NCBI GenBank assembly: GCA_024276905.1
Contig: JAJRWF010000148.1
Location: 9,821-73,820 of the forward strand
DNA length: 64,000 bases
Origin: Deltaproteobacteria bacterium
Lineage (GTDB): Bacteria > Desulfobacterota > Desulfuromonadia > Desulfuromonadales > Geopsychrobacteraceae
Direction of reading: 5' to 3'
A model generated the notes under the pieces. That model saw only the letters and a list, made by a program, of their open reading frames with translations, was not told the DNA's origin and made no database searches. Each line of letters opens with the position of its first letter. The first letter of the stretch is position 1. This document shows positions 38,477 to 47,584 of the stretch, in pieces. A program made the translations under genes and the position numbers.

Positions 38477-41400
38477 TTACTTGGGAAGCTGGGTATGGCA
38501 GAGGTCACAAGAGGCCCCCGCAGTACCCCAGGTTGCGGTATTGCCGTTATGGCAGGTCACCGTACAATTCTTGGTTGCACCGGTCCACATGGTCGCCGTA
38601 TTGAGGGCAACACCTTGATCGTGCGACGTGGTGCCCGCCTTGTAGCCGTTGGTCCGCGTCCAGTTGTTGTTCAACTCAGGCTCACCCGGGGTGAAATCCC
38701 GTACCTGGGCTTTGGACCTTAGCGGATTAACCGGAGCAAAGGTGACATCCCTGGTTCCGTTGACATGGAACGACTTATCAAGATCAGCCTGAACAATGAC
38801 TGTCTTGTCAGTCGCCACACCTGCGGTCCCATGACAGCTGACGCATGCCGTGTTGTTGCCGTTGAACCACTGACTGACGGTGCTGTTGTGGCAGACCGCA
38901 CAGGTAATGGTCAGCGCGGTAGTCACGTCACCATGACCGGCTCCACTGGCTCCCGCCTCGTTAAGCTTGGCATTGGTGCCATCGTAGATGTCATCACTGT
39001 GGATACCGATAACATGTTTCGGGTGGCTGCCCGTCAGCGGCTGATTGCCATGACAGTTCTGGCAGTAGTCGCCATTCGGATTAGTGAAAGTCCCCGTCAA
39101 GAAGTCGGGGCTGTTGCCAGGCGTGACACCATCACCATGACAGTAGACCGCCGAGCAGGTTCCGCCGGAATAAGCTGCGGTTGCACCATTCTGACCCTTG
39201 ATACTGCTCGGAGCATCAGTCGGGTCAAGAATCAGATCAAGGACTCCGTTCTGGTGATTGCTGGCATTCGCCGGGTGACAGAGGGCGCAACCAAAGTCGT
39301 AATCTGTCGCCGTAGAATGATCCACAGTGTCGCCATAGCTGCTGGCTGCCGACAGGACATGCTTGCCATGAGCGCCAGTCCGGGCGTTGAAAGTGTAGGT
39401 GCCGACGGTATTGAGATTATTACTGCCGCCAGTTGCCAGGTGGCAGGCGTTACAATCTGCCGCCGGACCAGCAAGACCGTTGGCCGGGAAGTGGGCCGAG
39501 GTTCCAAGGGTATGCGGGGCATCGTTGATATGGCAGATATTTGTACAGTTTCCGTTGGCCATGTCATAGCCGACCGAATCATTCAGTTCGACGGCGTGTC
39601 CCGGTGCGGAAAGTTCTGTCGGGGTACCGAGAGTCGAATTGGTGTCGTGATAGGTCGCCACATCATATGGCGCATTCGGCCGAACATGACAGGTCGCGCA
39701 GTTACTGTGCGTGCCGTCATTGATTGCTGTTTTGGTGCTGTGGTCCGGTGTCATCCCGGTCCGCCAGTTATTGAGATAACCGTGACAAACGTTACAGCGC
39801 GGATCGCCAACCGTATTGGAAACCGAATCGGCATCCTTGCTCCAAAGACGCTGCCAATTCCCAGCATCGCTGTGACAGCTGGAAGCACAGGAATCGCTGG
39901 TGCCGACGGCCGCCTGGGTGAATACGGTGATATTACCGCTGGCGCTGATACCACGATCATTATTGACCGCTGAATCAGTGGCGAAAGTGCCGTTGATATG
40001 GGTAGAACCAGCCGTATTTCCTATCACTGGCATACTGTTGTGACATTCGACACAACCGGTACCAAGAGTCGCGTCATGAACCTGGACCTCAGTCGGGTTG
40101 TTGACCACAGTGTGCAATCCGGTAGTCGGGTTGGCACCAGCAACACCTGGTGAATGACACATGGTACAGGTGCTGGCTCCGGCATCAGCCCAACCGAAGG
40201 TCCCGGTACCTGTGACTTTACTGTTGTGACAATCGATATTAGAGCAACTGCCCGCAGCAAAAGCAGCGTCGCTGTCAAGCGCGCCCCAGAGGCTCTTGGC
40301 GTGACGGATATTATCTTTATCAACAAAGACTTCGGCCGGCAGATTAGCCGTCGAACCATGATCACTGTCGTTCGTATTCGCTGCATGACAGTACTCACAG
40401 AGAGCCTTCTGATCAGAATCAGCAGTCGTACGGTTGAGCACTGCTGCGGCGCTGACACCGTAGACCCGCTGCGCGAGAACGTTCATATGTGTGAGGTGAC
40501 GTCCGGCATCGTCCGGTCCGGCTGCGCCGTCGTTGCCGTCCGGCCAGTAATTGCTGGCATTGGTGCCGACAGTGCCGCCACCGTGACAACCGTTACAACC
40601 GCTGGGTTTAAAGATCGGCGTGCTGGTATGGCTGTGACAGGTGGTGCATATCTGACCAGCGTTATGGGTTGCCAGTTCCTCAGTGGTGCGGTTGAAGTGC
40701 AGAACTTCGGTCGCATCGTGGCAAACCTGACAGACACCGTTGTTGGCTGCATTTCCGTAGCTGGCCCGCAGCGTACGATCCGTAAAGCCACTGACCGGGT
40801 GTGCCTGGATGGTTGACGCAATCATCGCATCCTGGTTGCCATTCTGACCATGCTGATCGTGACAGGTGACACAGATCAATGCATCATCAGAAGTGCCGCC
40901 GGCGGTCTGGGTATTGCCAAAGTGTGCCGCCGAGTTAGGAACGCCGGTGTGGCAGGCGTTACAGAAACCATTCGGATCAACATTGTAATCCTTGGTAGCG
41001 ATAGTATTCAGCCGGTTGGTGGTGTATCCGATATGGTCACCGGCATGATTGTGACAATCGACGCAAGCCTTGGCAACACCGGCCTTGCCGTGACCACTGT
41101 TGTCATAAGCCGTTCCGGCACGAACTGGTGCTAGAGCACCGTTGACATTTGCTTGATTGTAATCACCGTGACAGGTTTCACAAGCGACCGGCCCACCGGC
41201 ACTCCAGACCGCCTTGGCACCAATAGTGGCAAGATTCACCGCCGTGGTTCCACCATGACAGGTATCGCAAACCGTCACCGTGGCATCTCCGGCGATAGCG
41301 CCTGTTGCCAGTTCTTGTGCACCGGCAAAGCTGATCGTACCGTTTATGTGGGTTGCCTGACCGGCCATACTGACATTACCGGCATTAGCGGCGTGGCAGA

Positions 41401-44400
41401 GACCACAGTTGGTGCTGCCACCAGTACTTGCAAACGGACCGTACCTGATGTTGACATCAAGGTGTGTCGCATGGCCACCAGTGGTCGGCATATTGTTGTG
41501 GCAGAGCAGACAGTTCTGAATATTGGTGGTTCCCCAGGTGTAGGTACTGTTGTTCGGGGCACCGCCCTGACCGTTATTGTGACAGACAGTGGTTCCGCAA
41601 CTGCCGACACCAGAGTCGGGTAGCGCCACTTCACCTGAGTACTTGCCGTCCACCACCGGGCTGATCTGTGCACCGGTAATCACCGTGCCACCAAACTGGA
41701 CCGCCTGGTTAACAGTCGTCGGACCGGTGGTGGCAATGAAGTGCCCGTTGTTGACGTTGGTCGGGTGGCACTTGTCGCAACTGATGGTAATACCGAAGGT
41801 CGCCGTAGCATTGAGGTGGTTGGCATGAGTTCCTGTCGCCATCTTGGTGCCGACCTGATCATCACCATGACAGAGGGTACAGGAAGCAGTATCGGTGTCC
41901 CAATCTGCAGTCTTTGTGCTGTTGGATGGATCGTGGCAATAGGTGTTAGAGCAGGTATTGTTTACATCATCAAAGGTAATTCCTGCCTGGTCGAAACTGC
42001 TGTCATCAACCAAAGCATTATCCGCAATCGGGGTTGCTTTATTGGTCAGAGTCTCACCCTGATTGGCACCGGCAGCACCGGCAGCATCGAGACCGCTGAT
42101 ATGGCTGGTATCAGTCGGCAGTGCCGTCCCGGCATCATGACAATTGTCGCAAGTCAGACTTTGCGTCGTCACGTGACCGACATGAGCACCCGCTACTGGA
42201 GCAGCATTGGCTATATTATTATCATTGGTCCCGTTGTTATGACACGCGGTACAATTCAACCCGTTGGTATCAGTCCAAAAACCATCGGCAGCGCTGGAAG
42301 CATGACATGCCGAAGCGCAGCCTGCAGTCGCCGTGGAAAGACCGGTTTGAAGCTGAATAGTGCCATCCTGGTGGGTGTTGCTGCCACCGTCTCCACCTGT
42401 TGGAGTATATCCATTGACATCAGCACCATGACAGACAACGCACTCGCTGACGTCAAGCTGAATACTGCCGGCGATGTCAAGGTGCGCAGTATGTGTTGTC
42501 CCTACATAACTGAGATCCCCATGACAGGCTTCGCAGGAAGCGGCATTGGTCCAGGTTTTCGGATTTACCTGGTGACAGCTGACAGTACAACTTGACGGCG
42601 CCCCCTGGGTGTAGGAGAGAGTAACCGCCGACCCATTATAATTACCGCCTGCAACGACGTCGTTAAAACCGCTGACATTGGCTACAGCATTGAGATGGTT
42701 TCCGCCAGGCGTAATCTGGAAGCCCGGAGTCGCGGTACCACCATGGCAACTTTGACAACTGAGTCCATTCGACTGGCGCAAGGCACTCCAATGACTCTGG
42801 TGATCGCCAGTGACAGGGGGCTTCAGGTGACAGATCGTACACTTGTCAGCAGCCGTGTTATCGCCCCATACCGGGGATGGTACATACGCGAAGTAGGGAG
42901 CAGCAGTATCATCGTTAATACTATGACACTGCGAGGTTGAGCAGCTTCCGACACCGGTTGTGGGAATGCCGACTTCACCGCTGTAGGTCAGGCCAGCCAG
43001 AACTTCTAGAGTTCCATTACGGTGAGCGGTATTGATGCCGTTGTCGGTATGACACTCGGTACAGACGACATTATCACCTATCAAGGTCGCATTGTTCACA
43101 TGCTCCGAGTGACTGCCGGTCGCCATCGGCGTAGTGGCAGCAGTATCGTTGTGGCAGAGAGTACAGCTGGCGACGCTGACTCCCCACTGAGCCGACTTCG
43201 GATCTCCAGCATCATTTGACGGATTGTGACAAGTTGTATTGGAACACGTATTGGTGGTGTCGTTGAAACTATTTACGCCACCATTGAAGGCCTGATCATT
43301 GACAGTCGCCTCATCCGCCAAAGCAGTTCCCATATCGGTGAGGATGTTGGCGTCAGTATCTGCCAACAGCGCGGTACTGACAACATCATCAATGTGAGTC
43401 AGCGGATGAGTACCGGCAGAGTCAACGCTGCCATGACAGTCAGTACAGCTCAGCCCTGCGGTGATATGTTTGGCATGAGCTCCGCTTGCTGGTGGCTGGG
43501 CGTGACAGGCCGTACAATCGAGACCGTTAACGTCACCCCAGTTACCATCAGTTATTGATGAGGTATGACAGGCGTTGGTACAGGTCAGATCGGCCTGGAA
43601 ACCGACGGCAACATCCACATTTATCGTACCATTGCGGTGATTGCTGCCATTCCCGGTTGGAATAATCGAAGTGGTGTAGAAATCAACATCAGTGCCGTGA
43701 CAAAGAACACATTCGGACCGATCATCCTCAATCTTGGTGTTGAAGGTGTTCTTGTTGACATGCGACAGGTGCGGCTCGGTCGCCAGCAGGGTATCGTGAC
43801 AGGCGCCGCAGCTGTTGGCGTTGGGCTGGAAGATCGGAGTGTCGGTGTGTTTGTGGCACGAAGTACAAACGTTACCGGCGAAGTGCGTAGTATCTTCGTT
43901 GCCGATACGGTTGAAGTGGGTGACCTCACCGGGATCATGACAGACCTGGCAGATACCGCTGTTGTCGGCCTCCCAGTAACTGGCGCGCAGAGTCTTGTCC
44001 GTGAAATTGTTGACTGTCCGTCCACCAATGGTCCCCAGAATCATGGCATCGGTATTGGTTCCCATTCCCTGACCGTGGGGATTATGGCAGGTCGCGCAAT
44101 TCAGAGCATCATCGGAGGTGCCTCCGGCAGTCAGCGTATTGGCATAGTGAACTGAGCTGGTATGGCAACTGGTACAGAACGTGTTATCTGCAACCGCGGC
44201 TCCGATCAACTGTGGATCACCAGATGTGCCATCGAAGTGCTTGCCGGCACTGGTGTCGTGACAACCAATACAGTCCGGAGCGCCAGTCAGGGTCGAATCA
44301 CCATGGCCGGTGATATCAAAAGTATCTTTTGCCGGAGCCGTCGGGCCACTGATAACGGCAAAATCCGCCAGGGTTCCCTGGTGGCAGGTACGACAATTGA

Positions 44401-46726
44401 CACTGGCGGGAGTTACCCAGTCAGGCTCAGCGTCAACACCGGTCCCGGCCGCAGTAGCACCGTGACAGCTGTCACAGACTGTAGCTTTATAAGCAGCACC
44501 ACCCTGCAAGCTGGCAAAACCGTCAACGTGATCGACAGCATTGGTATCAGTGGCATTCCCATTGTGGGTGTGGCAGACATTACAAGCCAGCTGTGGACCA
44601 GTGATGTCGAAAACATGCTTGCCATGCGCGCCGGTCAGAGCGGCACCGGTGTCACCAGTCGCATTGACCTGGTGACAACTGCCACACTGTCCGCTGGCGG
44701 CGAGATCCCAGTCCGGAATAACCGAGACCGTTGCATTGGGTCCGGCTGAGTGGCAATAGATATTCTGGCAGGTACCATCAGTTCCGTAAACACCTGCACT
44801 TGCATTGAACTGGGTCAGACTCGAACCGTCAAAAACAACATCAGCTGTGCCGTTGACGTGCGTACCACCGATGGCACCGGTGGCGAGAGTCGTTGAGCTT
44901 GTAGCGGTAGAGGTATGACAAACCGCGCAATTATAACCTTTAGCCAAGTGCTTGAGGTGTGTTGCAGAGTTGCTCCGGTCGATGGGGTTGGTATCAGAAG
45001 GAGCACCGGGTGCATCCATAGTGTCTGAACTGTTCCCGTGACAGGCGTCGCAGGCGGTGGCCGCAATGGCATCATTAAAACTGCCGTTCTGCCAGGCGCC
45101 CGGATTGGCCAATACGGGTGCTGCCGCACGAGCTCCGCCATTACTGTGACAATACACTGCAGAGCAGGTTCCACTATCTCCGTCACCATCTGTTCCGGTC
45201 GGTGCATAGGCAGGAACCAGCCCATCGGTTGTTGCCAGACCGGTCAAGGTGCCGAAATCGACCTCCTGGAACGAACCTGAATTATGCCCGGCATGGCTGG
45301 CAGTGACAGAACCGGCGGGGTGACACTGATCGCAACTGAAACGGTAATCGGTTCCATTTACGTGTGCCGCGTGAGGTGTGTTTGACTCGTTGAATGCACT
45401 GGAGGATGTGGAATAATCGTTCCCGGTTCCAGAATCAAAGGCGTAGCCGTCGGGACCTCCGGGTGTATTTGCGCTGGGAGCATACCCATGACAAGTATTA
45501 CAGGCGCCGCCGAAGCTGCCGCTTGAGTTGTCGTGACTGTGGCATGCCGCACAAGTTGCGGCCGTACCAACAGCCAGATTGTTGTGCTTACCGGCACCAT
45601 CGACAGGAATCGTGTGACAATTCTGACAATAACCGGTGCCACCAGCATTGAACCACTCAGTCGTTGGGGATGTATAGTCCAGTCCCGACACGTTCCCCGT
45701 ACCGACACCGGCAGGGCTGTTGAGGGGGAGATCGACATTGGTAATGTTCTTGCGCAGAACATAGTAGTTGGGGCTTGTCTGATCGAAAGAGTGCCCGCTG
45801 TGGCAATCAAGGCAGCCGACCTTACTGGTGGGGCCGTGTGATTTGTAGGTGTGACAGGTCTGACAAAGACTGTTTTTATCGCCCGTCAAACGGCCACTGC
45901 CCTTGAGCATGCGGCCATCGCCGACACTGAGGGTCTGGCCCACGCCATCGACAGTCGCAGCATCGGAATCGGTAAAGTGAGCGCCATGACAGGTAGAACA
46001 GGTCATGTTGCCTGTTGCATCGAGTGCCATACCACTGTTCAGATTGGGAGTGAACGCCTGGAACCTGTTCGTTCCATCAGTGACATAACTGGCGTAATTC
46101 ACTTCCAGGGGGTGCGTCAGCCAGGCGTGTTCATTCGGGTTTGCTACGGTATTTCGGTCCCATTGAGTATGACAGTCAACGCACATGGCGTCTTTGGAAT
46201 CAACCCCCAGCTTGAGCAGTTTGGGGTTCGCCTTGATGGTGGAAAAATCGACTGCCAGGCCATGAGGATCGTGACAGCGCGCACAAGTCACCATGGAGCC
46301 CGACAGATTCTGGTTCCCATAAAATGCTTTAGCCGTTGGTGCCGAAGCGCCAGCAGCCGGATTGGTATCAGAAGCACTCCAGTTATGTGAAGATTCAGAA
46401 CCCGCCACAGCCCCCAGGGGACCCACCTTGGCAGTTCTTGAACCCAGGGCATCCGATGCCATATCTACCGAGAAGCTCCGCGACGGAGTCATCACAGGCC
46501 CACCGATATTTCTCAAATGGGCCAGACCCGCGCCACTGGTGGAACTCTGATCATGACAGTTCAGACAGATATTCCCTGTCAGGGCCGTCATGTCAGCTCC
46601 ATTTTTATGGCAGTTATCGCAGGCGAAATCGTGCACATAATAGTAGCTGGCCGCCGCTGCATTTTCCGCAGTGAAGCAGCAAATGACCGCCATTAAAACC
46701 AGAGGCAACAGAACTCTCATCTTCAT
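38477..46726 (-). CDS. 2749-aa giant multiheme c-type cytochrome (about 57 CxxCH and 14 CX3CH/CX4CH by manual count)
   Basis: Signal peptide MKMRVLLPLVLMAVICCFTAENAAA, GGGAGAG RBS. Heme motifs run end to end, including repeated C-x4-CH...CxxCH pairs (CSAVYCH, CQNIYCH, CSNTTCH...), as in the Geobacter CxxxxCH...CXXCH domain. Confidence 0.95.
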   Translation of the reverse strand: MKMRVLLPLVLMAVICCFTAENAAAASYYYVHDFACDNCHKNGADMTALTGNICLNCHDQSSTSGAGLAHLRNIGGPVMTPSRSFSVDMASDALGSRTAKVGPLGAVAGSESSHNWSASDTNPAAGASAPTAKAFYGNQNLSGSMVTCARCHDPHGLAVDFSTIKANPKLLKLGVDSKDAMCVDCHTQWDRNTVANPNEHAWLTHPLEVNYASYVTDGTNRFQAFTPNLNSGMALDATGNMTCSTCHGAHFTDSDAATVDGVGQTLSVGDGRMLKGSGRLTGDKNSLCQTCHTYKSHGPTSKVGCLDCHSGHSFDQTSPNYYVLRKNITNVDLPLNSPAGVGTGNVSGLDYTSPTTEWFNAGGTGYCQNCHTIPVDGAGKHNNLAVGTAATCAACHSHDNSSGSFGGACNTCHGYAPSANTPGGPDGYAFDSGTGNDYSTSSSAFNESNTPHAAHVNGTDYRFSCDQCHPAGSVTASHAGHNSGSFQEVDFGTLTGLATTDGLVPAYAPTGTDGDGDSGTCSAVYCHSNGGARAAAPVLANPGAWQNGSFNDAIAATACDACHGNSSDTMDAPGAPSDTNPIDRSNSATHLKHLAKGYNCAVCHTSTATSSTTLATGAIGGTHVNGTADVVFDGSSLTQFNASAGVYGTDGTCQNIYCHSAGPNATVSVIPDWDLAASGQCGSCHQVNATGDTGAALTGAHGKHVFDITGPQLACNVCHTHNGNATDTNAVDHVDGFASLQGGAAYKATVCDSCHGATAAGTGVDAEPDWVTPASVNCRTCHQGTLADFAVISGPTAPAKDTFDITGHGDSTLTGAPDCIGCHDTSAGKHFDGTSGDPQLIGAAVADNTFCTSCHTSSVHYANTLTAGGTSDDALNCATCHNPHGQGMGTNTDAMILGTIGGRTVNNFTDKTLRASYWEADNSGICQVCHDPGEVTHFNRIGNEDTTHFAGNVCTSCHKHTDTPIFQPNANSCGACHDTLLATEPHLSHVNKNTFNTKIEDDRSECVLCHGTDVDFYTTSIIPTGNGSNHRNGTINVDVAVGFQADLTCTNACHTSSITDGNWGDVNGLDCTACHAQPPASGAHAKHITAGLSCTDCHGSVDSAGTHPLTHIDDVVSTALLADTDANILTDMGTALADEATVNDQAFNGGVNSFNDTTNTCSNTTCHNPSNDAGDPKSAQWGVSVASCTLCHNDTAATTPMATGSHSEHVNNATLIGDNVVCTECHTDNGINTAHRNGTLEVLAGLTYSGEVGIPTTGVGSCSTSQCHSINDDTAAPYFAYVPSPVWGDNTAADKCTICHLKPPVTGDHQSHWSALRQSNGLSCQSCHGGTATPGFQITPGGNHLNAVANVSGFNDVVAGGNYNGSAVTLSYTQGAPSSCTVSCHQVNPKTWTNAASCEACHGDLSYVGTTHTAHLDIAGSIQLDVSECVVCHGADVNGYTPTGGDGGSNTHQDGTIQLQTGLSTATAGCASACHASSAADGFWTDTNGLNCTACHNNGTNDNNIANAAPVAGAHVGHVTTQSLTCDNCHDAGTALPTDTSHISGLDAAGAAGANQGETLTNKATPIADNALVDDSSFDQAGITFDDVNNTCSNTYCHDPSNSTKTADWDTDTASCTLCHGDDQVGTKMATGTHANHLNATATFGITISCDKCHPTNVNNGHFIATTGPTTVNQAVQFGGTVITGAQISPVVDGKYSGEVALPDSGVGSCGTTVCHNNGQGGAPNNSTYTWGTTNIQNCLLCHNNMPTTGGHATHLDVNIRYGPFASTGGSTNCGLCHAANAGNVSMAGQATHINGTISFAGAQELATGAIAGDATVTVCDTCHGGTTAVNLATIGAKAVWSAGGPVACETCHGDYNQANVNGALAPVRAGTAYDNSGHGKAGVAKACVDCHNHAGDHIGYTTNRLNTIATKDYNVDPNGFCNACHTGVPNSAAHFGNTQTAGGTSDDALICVTCHDQHGQNGNQDAMIASTIQAHPVSGFTDRTLRASYGNAANNGVCQVCHDATEVLHFNRTTEELATHNAGQICTTCHSHTSTPIFKPSGCNGCHGGGTVGTNASNYWPDGNDGAAGPDDAGRHLTHMNVLAQRVYGVSAAAVLNRTTADSDQKALCEYCHAANTNDSDHGSTANLPAEVFVDKDNIRHAKSLWGALDSDAAFAAGSCSNIDCHNSKVTGTGTFGWADAGASTCTMCHSPGVAGANPTTGLHTVVNNPTEVQVHDATLGTGCVECHNSMPVIGNTAGSTHINGTFATDSAVNNDRGISASGNITVFTQAAVGTSDSCASSCHSDAGNWQRLWSKDADSVSNTVGDPRCNVCHGYLNNWRTGMTPDHSTKTAINDGTHSNCATCHVRPNAPYDVATYHDTNSTLGTPTELSAPGHAVELNDSVGYDMANGNCTNICHINDAPHTLGTSAHFPANGLAGPAADCNACHLATGGSNNLNTVGTYTFNARTGAHGKHVLSAASSYGDTVDHSTATDYDFGCALCHPANASNHQNGVLDLILDPTDAPSSIKGQNGATAAYSGGTCSAVYCHGDGVTPGNSPDFLTGTFTNPNGDYCQNCHGNQPLTGSHPKHVIGIHSDDIYDGTNAKLNEAGASGAGHGDVTTALTITCAVCHNSTVSQWFNGNNTACVSCHGTAGVATDKTVIVQADLDKSFHVNGTRDVTFAPVNPLRSKAQVRDFTPGEPELNNNWTRTNGYKAGTTSHDQGVALNTATMWTGATKNCTVTCHNGNTATWGTAGASCDLCHTQLPK

Positions 46727-46786
46727 CAGACTCTCCCGGAGGCAAAAAACCCCAGATACTCGACTGTGTATCTCAATTAAACGGAC

Positions 46787-47542
46787 TTACTTAATATGGC
46801 ACGACAGGCACATGGCACTGCCCGTATTCGGCATAGCAAGAAACGGATCGTATGTCGGATCAGCAATATAATCAACATGCGGGTCATGACAGGTGCCGCA
46901 CTCAAGACGGTCTGTCCCGCCGAAAAAGTGCAGATCCGAGTTCACAGAAGCAACATCAACAAACTCAGCCGGCTTTTCTGCCTGCACTGCTGAATAACTG
47001 AAAGAAATCGGATGGTCATCACTCAGATCAGCGGTATCTGCAATATTCACGCGGGTTGCACCTATGCGCGCCGTTCCCTGAATGAAGTTCAGTGCCGTAT
47101 CGGGCGTCCCATTTGATGCATTGATCAAATCACCGACCGCGATACTGCCATCGTGGCAGGAAAGACAGAGCAGCGATTCGGTATTGACCGCACGATTACT
47201 GATTCCCTTGAGGTAAGTCGAAAGCGTCGAGCTGTCATAGTGGGTATAGGCTTTCCCTGTCAAGGATGACAGGTTACGGTTCCACAGGGGGGTGTTCAAC
47301 TCACCGCCGTGCGGGGTATGACAAAAGACACAGATACGGTCTTCGACGCCCTCGAGATAAGCTCCAGGAACGCCGAGCCACGCCGGATTCGCCGGATTGG
47401 TACTGGGACCCGACGTAGAAAGGTTGTGGACAGTGGAATATACGTTACTGGCACCACGTGCATATGCATTTCCCGTGCACAAAACGCCCACCACCAAGCA
47501 CAGAAGCAACACCCTGAACGGTACTTTTTCAAACATTGTCAA
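46787..47542 (-). CDS. tetraheme c-type cytochrome (paired-CXXCH type)
   Basis: CVFCHTPHG, CLSCH, CGTCH, CLSCH. Signal peptide present. Track start 47542 is a TTG, and an ATG lies at 47536. Confidence 0.9.
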   Translation of the reverse strand: MTMFEKVPFRVLLLCLVVGVLCTGNAYARGASNVYSTVHNLSTSGPSTNPANPAWLGVPGAYLEGVEDRICVFCHTPHGGELNTPLWNRNLSSLTGKAYTHYDSSTLSTYLKGISNRAVNTESLLCLSCHDGSIAVGDLINASNGTPDTALNFIQGTARIGATRVNIADTADLSDDHPISFSYSAVQAEKPAEFVDVASVNSDLHFFGGTDRLECGTCHDPHVDYIADPTYDPFLAMPNTGSAMCLSCHIK

Positions 47543-47584
47543 GACCCTTTCTTGACTGAAAAATAAACATCCGCTAATTATAGA

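Noticed and set aside
31464-46674. Dozens of plus-strand track ORFs (up to 402 aa) inside the two giant cytochrome genes
   Set aside because: They are antisense to ORFs with dense, regularly spaced CxxCH motifs and signal peptides. Their translations are low-complexity (R/G/T/V-rich), with no motifs and no SD sequences. They are composition artefacts of long GC-rich genes.
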